Shown one piece after another: positions 15,046-42,320 of a stretch of DNA of 64,000 nt. Origin of the DNA: Chrysomallon squamiferum (Eukaryota; Animalia; Mollusca); contig CM022672.1 of assembly GCA_012295275.1 (NCBI GenBank), forward strand, positions 13,206,001 to 13,270,000. The letters run 5' to 3'. The translations under genes were made by a program, and so were the position numbers. A model generated the notes under the pieces. That model was not told the DNA's origin. It was given only the letters and a program-made list of their open reading frames with translations, and did not search any database. How positions within the stretch are numbered: the stretch's first letter is position 1; every line of letters starts with the position of its first letter.

Positions 15046-17027
15046 TCTTAGCCATTGACTCTTTGGTTTAACAATCACTGTTACTCTTGCTCAGATTGGA
15101 GTCCTGTGTGAATTAGTGATAGAAACAATGCTGAGAGACAGATCAGAAGCAATAGATCTGTATACACTTAAATATTACAAATTATAGTTTATGTATTTGT
15201 TGGTTTACACTTCTCTTCTGAGAGTGTATGAAATGTTATATAAATATTTATAAACATTTTGTATGTGAAATCCATTTTACCAAGTTTGAGATATACAGAG
15301 TATTATTTAGACAAATATTTATAGGTTTATATAGTTGTTTTCCCACCTCCATTGTTTTAATAAGTTTATTAAAATTATGTCCCTCAATGTTGAGTGCATG
15401 AATATAGAAAATAAATAAGTAATATTGATTATTTCTTTTTTGTTTTATTTAAAAAATGCATAAAGCTTGTTCTTGGATTTGATAAACATTAAATCAAAAA
15501 CAAATAAAATATATTTGCATTCCGAGATGACAGATATTTTTATAACTTTTGTAACAAATAAACAATCATACTTTCTTTTGCCATAATATTAAACAAAAAA
15601 TAATCAGACAAACTTTAAATCCAATTTATTATTATTAGTTACCATTCTTTACTAACAATAAAGTACTATCCACAGAAACAAACATTTGCACTTCTTTTTG
15701 TAATGTTATTTTAAACAAAGAAAGGTAAAAACCAAAATCCCTAACATATTCTATAGCTATAGCTAATTTGTAATAATTAACATACTACAAAAGATTCAAC
15801 AGGAAACTAAATAAAAACAACAAAAACAATTTGGATTAATGCATAATATTTTTATTTTCATACAAGACAACATTAAGACTAGTCATCACAGCAGTACAAT
15901 AATATTGCCTTTAGATAAATAACAAGAACAAATGAATGCATTATGTATATCCTGTTCTAACATGCAACCTGGTCATAGTTACACAATGATATGTAACTCT
16001 ATGGATAGAAAATGTTAACTGAATTTATATATATCAAACATTAGGAGATCTTTCTGAATTGTTTTTTTCTATTTTAATAATCAAACATTTTTTTACAAAA
16101 ACAAATATTTCTACTTCTTTTTATTGTCCAAATTTGGATTTCCATTACATATACTTATTAAATTTATTTTTATTATTATTTTATTTTTTTAAAGATATCT
16201 CAACCATTTTGATCAACCTGTATTTTTAAAAATTTGTACTAAGAACAAAGTAAATTACTAGTTAGCTGTGATAATCAAACCATATGCATTTCTTTAAGTA
16301 ACACTATTAAAATCTAAAAGTATGTAAATTACTTCAATAGTGCCATTTCAAGTTTGAACTGCAAGACAACCAGTTTTGCCAAGTAGAATAAAACAAAACT
16401 AGAAATTTTAACTAATGACTAATAACACCAAGTTCTTGGTAATCTTTTGCACCTAAGAGGAACAATATTTTTTCAGTTACTGCAATTACTGAAATAGACA
16501 CCCAAAGCCACAAACAACATATATTTGTTCAACGTTTTGTTTGGGTTTTTCTCCAATTAGAACAAACATGCGAAATGAATATCTTTGTGCAAATTAATAA
16601 TTATGTAATTAAATTAAAAAAAAAATTAAAATGTTCAAATAAACATAAAACAAAACATAATAAAGTATCAAAAGAATGTAAGCTTTATGGTTAGAACTAA
16701 AGTTATGACTCTTCCATCTGGATTTTGATCAATCATTAACAAACACTGAATGATCATTTTATTTGAAAATTAAAAAAAAAAGGAAGTTTAAAACGAGTAT
16801 TCACAGAGATGATCAAGAGCAAAATATTTTAAATTTAAGAAATAAAATAAATACTTACTTTTTAAAAAATATTTTTTAACACCCTGTGACAATATTCGTT
16901 AAAAAGAATTTGTCAGTTGCATGTTTTTTGTGTACCATCCAGTTCTTTATATTAAACAGGAAACTTCACCACCAGATGTTAAAAGAGAGTTTAATCTTTA
17001 ATGTCACAAAAATCATCTAGATGTTTC

Positions 17028-17067
<40 letters not shown>

Positions 17068-19529
17068 AACAAATTATATATTATCATTAAACAAGAACAT
17101 AATGCAAAGCTAAGCAATAATAAACAAATATCACTGAAAATTAACAACACTATTGTTGTGCATTGTTTTCTTCTCTTTTTGAGAAGAAAGGATACAACTT
17201 GTGCAGAATATGAATACAAATGACCTTATCATGACATGGGATAAGACAATGAAAAAAACCACATAAAAAAAACAAAAAAAACAACAACCTATGACATCAC
17301 ACTAATGTATGACTGCTTCATTTTTGAAAAACATTAATTTGTTAACGAAGAAAAGATGTCAGAACTCTTTACTAAGAGTTACCAATGACAGTTTTGAACT
17401 GCTATAAACACAAGATACAATACTGCTATTTCAAGAAGAGGAATATTTCCTTCTTACTCTCTATTCCTGAGAAATAATGGGACTTAGCCCTTATTTTCCA
17501 GAAAACGAGTTGCTTGGAAATTATTTGTAATTTTTTTCTTTTTTTTTCTTTGTTTTAATATCATTTTATTTTCCCACCTTAAAAGTTATATAACAAGCCC
17601 TAATGCAAAATAATAAATTATGATACCAGTACAAATACACGTTGCAAGTTTATATTGTGCTGTGATTTTGTTTCCTTCTTTTAAAATATTTCACAAAGAT
17701 AAAATGCCACTTTACGATATTTGACTATTTCGAAATTGGCACAAGGAATATAAATTAAATTGTACACTATACATGCTGTTGTGTGGGTTTTTGCAAAGCA
17801 CAATTTTTTGGTTAGTTAAAATGTTTAACATAAATTTTACAACATAAAAAAACAAAACAAAACAAAAAGCTTCAAATAAAACTATTTACAAAGAAATGAT
17901 GTAAAATGATTATCAACAACAAAATCATTCAAACAAGCAAAGATTCCTGTAATAATTAGCATTTTTATAAACTATTATGACAAATCATTTCAGAAAAAAA
18001 GATATAAAAAAAACAATTCCTATATAAAACTAATTATTTTACTTTTAATAAGATATTCAACTTTTGAAATAAAAAATAATATATTTTATGCAATTATTGA
18101 AAAAGAAAAAGGCAGATTACAGACAAACAAATATATGGTTTTATTATGGTTGTTTAACTGGTTTATTTTATATGGAGTGATAACTAACACCTCATCTTTA
18201 TCAACTATTACTGAAGAGATGAATTATTAAGTATATATAAACAGAAAACAAATAAGACACCAGACCTTTTAAGAAAAATATCTCAACAAGATGACTTATT
18301 TTGACACCTGCTTTTGATACTGCTTCTTCTAAAATCCTGAGTGAATATAAAAATTAAAGAGTTCTTTCAACCAACATGTACCAAAAATCACTAGTTCTCA
18401 TACTAAGTACTAACAAATTTTCCCTGATCCAATTCAGTCATTCAACAATTTTGCTGACACCAAGTTTCAAATGTATCAGATGCAATAGGAGAGAATCTAT
18501 CCACTCCAGCTTGCCAACGTTCATAAACTGTTTAAGTAATTTTCAAAATAAATATAAAATACAGCTAACCAATGGTTCATTTTTACATGGATTTCTATGA
18601 ATGAACACAGAGATAACCACAAACAAAACATCTATTTTTCTCTGCATTAGTCTTAATCTTGTAAAATCTCTTATTAAACAATGCCAAAGATCTGAACTTT
18701 ATTTAAGATGACAGATTTTCTACCCTGGAAGCTATCAATTAAAATATTAACACTTTTACAAAGAACTGTTATGTGAAATGTACATCTCTATTACAATTTA
18801 TTAACCTATCAGTGAAGAATGTCTACAATAGATTAACATATCTATCTATAGACAGATACACATATATATACACAGAGATAGCTAGATTGATTGAAAATGC
18901 ATTTGCTAAGCCTGCTGCTCCTTAAAACCTATCACAAACTGATATGATTGAAAGCATGTATGTAATTATTGCACAATGAAACAAAACAAATAATTACAGC
19001 AGAAATAAAAATGTCTGAGACGTGTCCATTATGTCATGAAGCATAATAAAATTGTAAGTTGATTATGTACAGAAAGTGTATATCATATATTATCAGATCA
19101 AAATTACATTTGGGTGGGATTTATTTTGATAGACTGCCAAGACACAACATTATGCACATAAGGAATAACATGGGGACTTTGTTGTCTGCAATGAGAATAA
19201 TGGGTTCACATAAATAACAATTTATCTTACAGCAGTTCTGAATTTATCTTCGAAATTATTTCGCAGTGCCATAAAAGGCAGAAATTTAAAAAATATAAAA
19301 AAAAATTAAAATAATAAACAAATATTTAAAAAAATTGAATTTTTTATATAGTTAAGTTTTTTTTTGTCTTGGATCAATTTGTGGTAAAATTCTGAGATCT
19401 CCTAACAGCAGAAGCACAAATGAAACAAAGTTGCAAGTAAATTCAGAACAAAATTACAATAAAACGTAGTAAATTATCTTTCTTTCACTGAACAACAACA
19501 GCAACTAAGATTGACTGCAGTGGCACACA

Positions 19530-31781
<12,252 letters not shown>

Positions 31782-33363
31782 CTTACAGATGCGAGATCTC
31801 CATAATTAACACCAACTAACTAGTCCTCTCTGGAATTACAATTTAATACCCATTTGTAATTAGCTAATTGCAATAAAAATAAATTATCTTAATTACTGAA
31901 CTTTAATAAAAGACAATTAAAAACTAGAAAGGAAAAACAAAATGTGTTACCTAACAACACTACTGGATGTGTTTGGAACACAAATCAATAGGAATAACCT
32001 TAATAATTATATGATTTGTTAATGGTTTTTTTATAATAATATATTCAGTTTTTCTTTTTCTTTTTAAATAAGAGATTCAGATGGTTTTTCAAATAATTTT
32101 TAAAAAATATCAATTAACAATTTTTTTTAAATATTAAGTAATAATTTTTTTTGGAATATAAATTTGTTAATAAAAAGCATTATCTAGATACAATTATTAA
32201 GAAAAACATTTATTTAAGAATATATAAATTATAATTTTCTAAAAAGAACAGATTAACTTAAAGTTAATTGTTATAAAGTACAAAATTAATTGTTTATGAA
32301 GCATCAGTTTACATAAAATATTACTAGATATAGCTGACCTAGTTTTTTAGAATACATTCTGAAGTACATATTCAAGCCACTAATATAGAGATAACATGTG
32401 GTATACATTACACACTGCCACTGTAAACAGTTTTGAAATAAATAAATCAAATTTCCAGTATCAATGCAAATTTCTATCAAACCATATAACTGGAAAATAT
32501 ATCAGATTTAACCTCATTTACACATTTTATATTTGAATTATATATACATGAGTTGCTAAATATTATATTTTCTATAATTTATTTTTTATTTGAAATGTGT
32601 TCAGATCTCAGCATTACTTGACATTAAAACAGTTTTGGCAAGGCATTTAAATTTGTTTTCAATGTAGAATGATCTGATGTAATTAATAATAAAAAAAAGA
32701 GAAATACTAAAAATTATGACAGGTACCTGCTATTAACCAACTGCAGCAGAACCAGTTTAGGTAGGTTCCACTGAAAAAATAAAACAAAATAATATTTTGA
32801 ATAAGGAACTGTAGATTTATCTTAAACATTTTATTAAAGATAAAATAAATTCAATAAAAATGAATTAGATAAAGTGACATGGTATATTCCATACAATCTT
32901 ATTTAAAATAAAAAATGTCCTATCAGTGGATAATCATTCTCACTCTCGCTGTCTTTCCAACCATATTAAATAGAATATTTGTATTCAGATTGCTTTACCT
33001 TCCTTTCATCAGTTTTATGTGTTTCAATCATCAAATATATAACGTTTATGCGCTATACGTTTTAAGAAATTGCGAAGATTATTTATATAAGCCCTGAAGG
33101 CTGCATAAACATTCCAAGTCCATGCAAATGACAATTCCCTTAAACTTACATTTCTGTTTTATCAGCAGATTTGGCGCTATATTATGCCATAAATTAGGTC
33201 AATAAACTAACATATTAATTGTGCATTCCGTTATTCATTCGGAAAGCCAATGGATAGCAAATTCATCAAATACTTTTCAAATATTCATGTTTCGAACAAT
33301 GACATTAATTCTCATTCTCACTTCCTTAAAAAATCATAACAAAATTACACATGGCTGAAACAT

Positions 33364-33392
33364 AGATGGCGCTTTTTGAGAGTGACGTCACT
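33364..33392. promoter_or_regulatory. Probable RABGAP1 promoter: YY1-like motif and CRE palindrome
   Basis: AGATGGCG at 33364 and the 12-bp palindrome AGTGACGTCACT at 33381-33392. A minus-strand donor (AAT|GTAAGT) near 33148 suggests a non-coding first exon. Confidence 0.5.
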
Positions 33393-33652
33393 TGCTGCTC
33401 TGTCGCCTGTATCCGCATTTTAAAACATCCGATATGCTCATTGTTAATATCAGTGTTGTGGTTATAATAATAATTGTTATTGTTATTAAAAACGTAACGT
33501 GAATTGCTACAAAATTAGTCAGTCTTTTTTTTTTTTTTTTTTTTTTTTTTTTCCCGTCCTGTGAAATATACGCTGATAAATTTATTTCGATGTCTCCAGT
33601 CAAAAAAAAAAAAAAATAATAATAATAAAATAAAAAATAAAAAAATCCCTGA

Positions 33653-33703
<51 letters not shown>

Positions 33704-33777
33704 AATAAATAAAAAAACCCGGCCTATAAGAACAATTTACAAAAATACTAAATATAAATACTCTATAATGCCTGATT

Positions 33778-33779
<2 letters not shown>

Positions 33780-33836
<57 letters not shown>
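33780..33836. repeat. (TC)n microsatellite
   Basis: Perfect TC tract. (TAA)n tracts also occur at 33653-33695, 39325-39395 and 49147-49206. Confidence 0.95.
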
Positions 33837-33839
<3 letters not shown>

Positions 33840-34165
33840 AGCTTCTGCTTAAAGTTGCCCTGAAGAGAAAATATACCAGCTGTATCTGCAATGATTATAT
33901 ATAATGTTCTCTGAAACTACATGTAATTTAATAACGTGTATGTGTGTTTCATCAATATAAGGAGAGAAAAAAATGCAGGCATGCAACCTCACATTTTGAT
34001 AATATTTATTCAAATTAAATTTTCCTGTCGATCTATTATTATTTATTTATTTATTTTAATTTTTGTTTTAAAATGATTACGATACATAAAAATCCCTTTA
34101 GATACTAGTACTTTATAAAGCAAAATTTCAGTTACTTTTTAGTGACGTTTAAACCACAACGATTA

Positions 34166-34226
34166 TGACGTCATGAATAAACAAAAATACTATAAAAGCC
34201 TGGACGTTGAATTTTAACGGCAGTTG
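34166..34226 (+). promoter_or_regulatory. Alpha-tubulin core promoter (CRE, TATA, Inr-like)
   Basis: TGACGTCA at 34166-34173, TATAAAA at 34191-34197 and CAGTT about 30 nt downstream (34221); ATG at 34319. Confidence 0.65.
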
Positions 34227-34318
34227 AGTTGAAAAAGAGCTTCGTTACACGGCTCACGTCAACTTCAGTAACTAACAATAGCAACAGTTAAAAACTAAAA
34301 TATAAATTCCTTTCAAAA

Positions 34319-37009
<2,691 letters not shown>

Positions 37010-37318
37010 CTTGGAAGGAAAAAAAATGGAACACAAAATTGGACAGTTTTTCACTACTATATTATTACCAGATAAAAAACAACAAATATCAACAGTAAAT
37101 TTCGATACTTTATTATTTCTGGAAGATGAATAAATCATATCAATAGCTCAATTCTGTTGTTGTTGTTTTTTTTTGTTATTGCTGTTTTAGTAATATGAGT
37201 TTTCAGTTTCATACTGATACTGTATGTTTATAAAAAGCACTAATGAAAAACAAATTATTTTACCTTTTTTTGATCACAGTTAACAAATTTAATTTAATTT
37301 CATAAGAAATATCATCAC

Positions 37319-39323
37319 TTAATTTTGTCTGTTTATCTTCCTCTTTGTAGTGCTAGGTTTGGGATCCTGAAAATATAAAAAATAGAATACAGTAGCTGGA
37401 TAATGCAATAAATCATGATCAGTCTAACCAGTAGTTAATTGAAGTATTTAAATTAAAAAAAATATTAAATATAGGATTTATTATTCTGTGGGTAAGAGAG
37501 GCCAAAGCTGATTTTTTATTTATTTGTTTATTTGCAAAATTTTAGCAAAGGCAGCAAATTGATACCATGTATTACCAGAAATACATATTTAAATTCAAGG
37601 GAAATATAACTGATTTTTATGCATATGCAGATTTTTACAGAATTATATTAATTAATATGCAGGTGTGGGCACATTTTTCAGTATTGTGAGACTTTTTTTT
37701 TATGCATCATGAACTATCTGGATTACCTCGAATGTTTTCAAATCTGCTGCAAACAACACCTGAAAATAAATAAACAATAAAACTGAACAATATATATATA
37801 TATAACTGAATCATCAATGAAACAACTGTAACAGTTGTCACAATGCACTTCTAAATTGTATCTTAAATATTTACAATAAAGTATCAAAATGATAAAGAGG
37901 TAAAGGGGAACATAATTTTATTGTGTTATCATTTCACACAAATTTTAGAAAAGTAAATAAATACAAAATGAATCTCTCTTCACATGAACAGAGATTTAAA
38001 TTTTAAATTTCTAGGTATGAAATAAGTTATGAAACAAAGAAAAATATCTGTTTCTATACATATTACTTTTTCTATTTGTTATAATTTATTAACAAAGACT
38101 GATGACAAGAAACATAACAATTATATGGATGTGTACAAAATTAATTGAAGCTATTTGTCTAAAACACTCTAAGAAATAATACTCTTAATAACATTATACC
38201 AGTTATTCTTCCCCTAAGTCCAAATATTTTAGTTTTAAATTAATAATAATACTTCTTTTTAAATAATCTATACTTGCTTAAAAATGTATTTTGGTGTACT
38301 AACCGAATGAGCCCAGCCAGCATGTGTTCCCCATAAGGCACGGAAATAATCTCCTTGATAAATAAATAAATAAATAAATAATAATAAAAATCGATATTAG
38401 TAATAATAATATTAATTTTTTTTTTTTTTAAAGTCATAATAATAAGGTAGCATTCTATGATAAATTCACAACAAAATAACACTTTTAATTTTAATTTTTA
38501 TATTTAGTTATTTATTATTTTTGTAACACACTATTTTAATCAGATGACTGTGTAATGTTGTAAATAAATATTGTTATTTTGTTTTTTAATGTCCAAAACA
38601 GCTAAATATAGTAGTTTGAGAAATTCAGCAAAATACTGAAGAGCAGTTTGAAAATTTTGATAGTGTTCAAATAAACAACAGATTTACAGTTATCAAATTT
38701 ACTGTTCCTTACATCTTTTTCAAAACAAAAAGGTCTACGATTTCATACTGTTAATACTAATCTGACCAAAAACACAAAACTATTGTTGCATTGGTACTAA
38801 TACTAATAATCTTAAAATATAAAAATAAATAAACATATAATGGGTTATTTTAAAAATAAAATTATTATAGTTAAATATTATAATGAAAATACAGAAATGA
38901 TTAAAACATTTTTTTTTTTTTAAATATATAAATAAATAAAATAAAAAATAAATAAATAAATAAAAAATTAAAAAAAGAAAGGAAGAGAATAAAAAGAAAA
39001 ATGATACCTATTTCATCATATATTTTGTCTGTCATTGATTTTGCTTTGTTCAGATGTGGCATATAGTATTGTGCTGCTATTTTCCACACATGGGTATCTA
39101 CTGGAACAGCTTCAGTTTTATCTAGTGACATTAAACACACACAGTCTGCCACCTGAAAATCAATAACAGGTTATTAAATTACTGTCAAAAATACAAAACA
39201 TCTACAATGAATTGACAAATTTCTGTTGGGCAGATATTATTTTGTTCATGATTATATAATTTTATATGATTTTTATATGATTTTAAAATAATTTTATTGG
39301 TAAATCATAAAATTAGAAGAATT

Positions 39324-39399
<76 letters not shown>

Positions 39400-41367
39400 C
39401 AACAACAATAACAATAAGAATACAACAACAACAACACACCATACTAAACAAAAAAACTTTTTTCATAAAATATAAACCTGTTTCTATCTATGATGGTTGG
39501 TTACAGATATAAACAATATTTTTTAAATTTAAAAATTTTTTTAACATTTTTACTGAATAAAGTAATTTGTTGGAATTAACAAAACAAATATTAGTTATAT
39601 ATATAATCCATCACATTAAAAATCATTTAGCTAAGAAAACACATTCTAAGTTTGTTATCAACAGGTCAATTCAAGAGCTATTTTAAGAAAGTATCATTAT
39701 TAATGGTTTAAAATTAAAGACCTTTGCTCCCACACCATGAAGTTTCATAAGTTCAGTTTTAGCTGTCTGGTAATTCTGCTGTCGTAAGGAAGATACCCAG
39801 TTTTCATCATGTTTGTCCTTGATAAAATTGGCTGACTGGTGGATGTATTTAGCTCTGTATCCAAAACCCAACTCTCTTAGTTTACTTTCCACTTCATCTC
39901 CAGCCAAATCAGACACATTTGGAAAAGTATAGTAATCTTCACCATCAACTGTAGTTATTTTTTCCCCATAATGACTGCACAACTTACCAACCATAGCACT
40001 AATACGAGCAATATTGTTATTGGATGAACAGATGAAAGAAAACAAAGTTTCTACAGGATCTTGACGAATCATCCGAATTCCTGGGAGTGAAGAAGAAACC
40101 TTTTTGAAATTTGGGTCTGCCCTAGACCACAATTCATAAAGTTCTACAAGACCGATATGAAGCTGAAAGTAGTCTTGAAGAATAACTTCATCATCATCCT
40201 TCTTTTCAAAATTGCTACTGTTATATTCAATTCCATGTTGTTGTGGTGAAATTTCCTCATCTTCTCTTTTAAATTTATGATCAGGGTTTTCTACCTTTAT
40301 TTCAAAATTACAATTTTCAGATTTATATTCAGTAACTAAATCATCCTGCAACGTAACAGGGATATTTTCTTGTTTTTCTGTTTTAATTCTAGAGAAAGCA
40401 GATTTCCCTATAGCTTTATGTTGTGCATCAAGGTTTGGTTTTGAAAACACTTGGTAATAAAGTTCTGTTTGTGACTGCTTCAGTTTAAACATTCTGTTAC
40501 CAATAACTCCAGTCCAGACACCAGCTGAAGTTTCTCTCCATCTACATATAAATATTAACAAATATTTATCAGTGGCAATCACTAATAAAACTATATTTCT
40601 AATATGGTTCTTTGTGTTCATCAAAATACAATTTGTCACTTTAGCAATATAAGCTTTATTTTGATGTATTAAGGACATTTTTGTCAGTATATAATATAAT
40701 ATAGTTTAATGTAATTATAACATAAATCTTCCTTTATACTGTTTCCTATTCCACGATTCTTCCCAAGACTGGTTATTAGTGCATATGAATTAACTATTCA
40801 TCTAAGTTTATAAGGACCCATTCTCATTCTGCAACATAAGCAAAATATCTAAATGATATTTAAACAACCCATCACAGCTGATTTAATCAGTCTCATTATA
40901 ATTACAGAATAATCTTATATCTTATATCTCACACCCATTAAATTTAATATATTATACATATATAATATATACACAAATACACACACACACACACACACGC
41001 ACACATATGTATATACATATGTAAACATGAATACTTACAACAGAAACAGTACTATTAGCATAAGTTTATACAACAGACTTCGTAGACCATTACTATTATT
41101 ACCAATATTAGTAGTTGTAAGTGGTACTTGTAAAGTTGTAGTATTAACTACTTGCACTACTAGTAGTAGTACTATATCAATTAATGAATTATCACACATT
41201 TTGTTGACATTGCTTTTCGTGTCATTGTCACAGTCATTAATTGATCTTGATAGATCCTACCAACGATCTGCATTTTCATACCTGAATGTCTGGCCACAGG
41301 TTAGCGTTCTTTTCAGTGTAAGCTCGTTGATAGAACATAAAAAATATTGCCATTTGGATTCAGCCAT
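37319..41367 (-). CDS. OGG1: 8-oxoguanine DNA glycosylase/AP lyase
   Basis: Exons 41367-41282, 40541-39722, 39152-39008, 38353-38304, 37759-37727, 37366-37319. Motifs TLTCGQTFRW, QDPVETLFSFICSSNNNIARI, LGFGYRAK, HhH-GPD LHGVGAKVADC...VPVDTHV with catalytic K and D, WGTHAGWAHSVLFAADL and a basic tail TKRK. Confidence 0.95.
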
Positions 41368-41407
41368 GATTGTAAATAAATTAGAGTTAGTTCCCTTCTA
41401 TTATATC

Positions 41408-41438
41408 CGCTTCCGTTGTTGGTAGCAACGTATATAAA
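41408..41438. promoter_or_regulatory. OGG1/LRRIQ3 divergent promoter with ETS-like and RFX X-box-like motifs
   Basis: CGCTTCCG overlapping GTTGTTGGTAGCAAC (41415-41429), followed by TATAAA, about 50 bp from the OGG1 ATG. Confidence 0.5.
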
Positions 41439-42320
41439 TGGCAGCTTCCTGAAATTGTTAAGAAACAATTTCAATATATTTACAAAGCGTAAATACAACA
41501 ATGATAAAAAAAATTAAAATATGATTTAAGGTACGTTTAGAGTAGATGCAGTATATCTAAAATTTATAACACAATTTAATTATAAATATTTCAATGAAAA
41601 CGCGTTTTGATTTAATAATTTCATAAAACAATGCATTCCATAGCATTTTTTTTTTTTACCAAAATATATGTATAGTACTGTTAAACTGTTTATTTCTATG
41701 TGCATTCTAAATTAAGAGAATCACCTGCTATCCGTATATTCGTAAAAAAAGAGACTTCAAAATTTTATAAACACAGAAACATCAGATCTTTAAAAGTCAC
41801 ACCTTTTTAATTTAAATATAATTAAGTCTGATAGTAATTATATAATAGACTATTAGCTAGATTTTGTCACAGCACGCAGAACTGTTTATAATAACCACCA
41901 TTAACAAAAAAAGTCATATAACACTGCAAGTTTGAAACCTGAGAAATAATTGATTTCAATAAACATATAGAAAACAAAATGTATTCTTCCACCTCTCAGT
42001 TCTTTTTAATTGATTAATTAGAAGAAATTCTTTAGAATAAATTTCATTTTGAACATTTTCTCCAACATCTTTTGTAATAATAACTGTCATACTGTAATTC
42101 GAAAACAAAGTTGAAAGAAAATAATATTTGTTAAATACCTTATCTTTCATATACTATTTCTCTTTTTTTGGGACACCTTTTTTTTCTTTCTTTATTATCT
42201 TTATTTTTATTTTTCCTTTCTTAGACTTGAATCTGATAATTCATTATTGATATTTTTTTCTTTACTTTGCTGTTGATTTGAATAAACCAAGATAGGATGG
42301 TGTCATAGTAGCAATACATC

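Noticed and set aside
15046-19529. 4.5 kb without coding exons (also 649-4452)
   Set aside because: Best explained as long convergent 3' UTRs; I recognised no ncRNA, SECIS or credible ORF, though structured RNA cannot be excluded by eye.
39297-39512. Poly-Ile ORF
   Set aside because: Translation of a (TAA)n microsatellite in an OGG1 intron.
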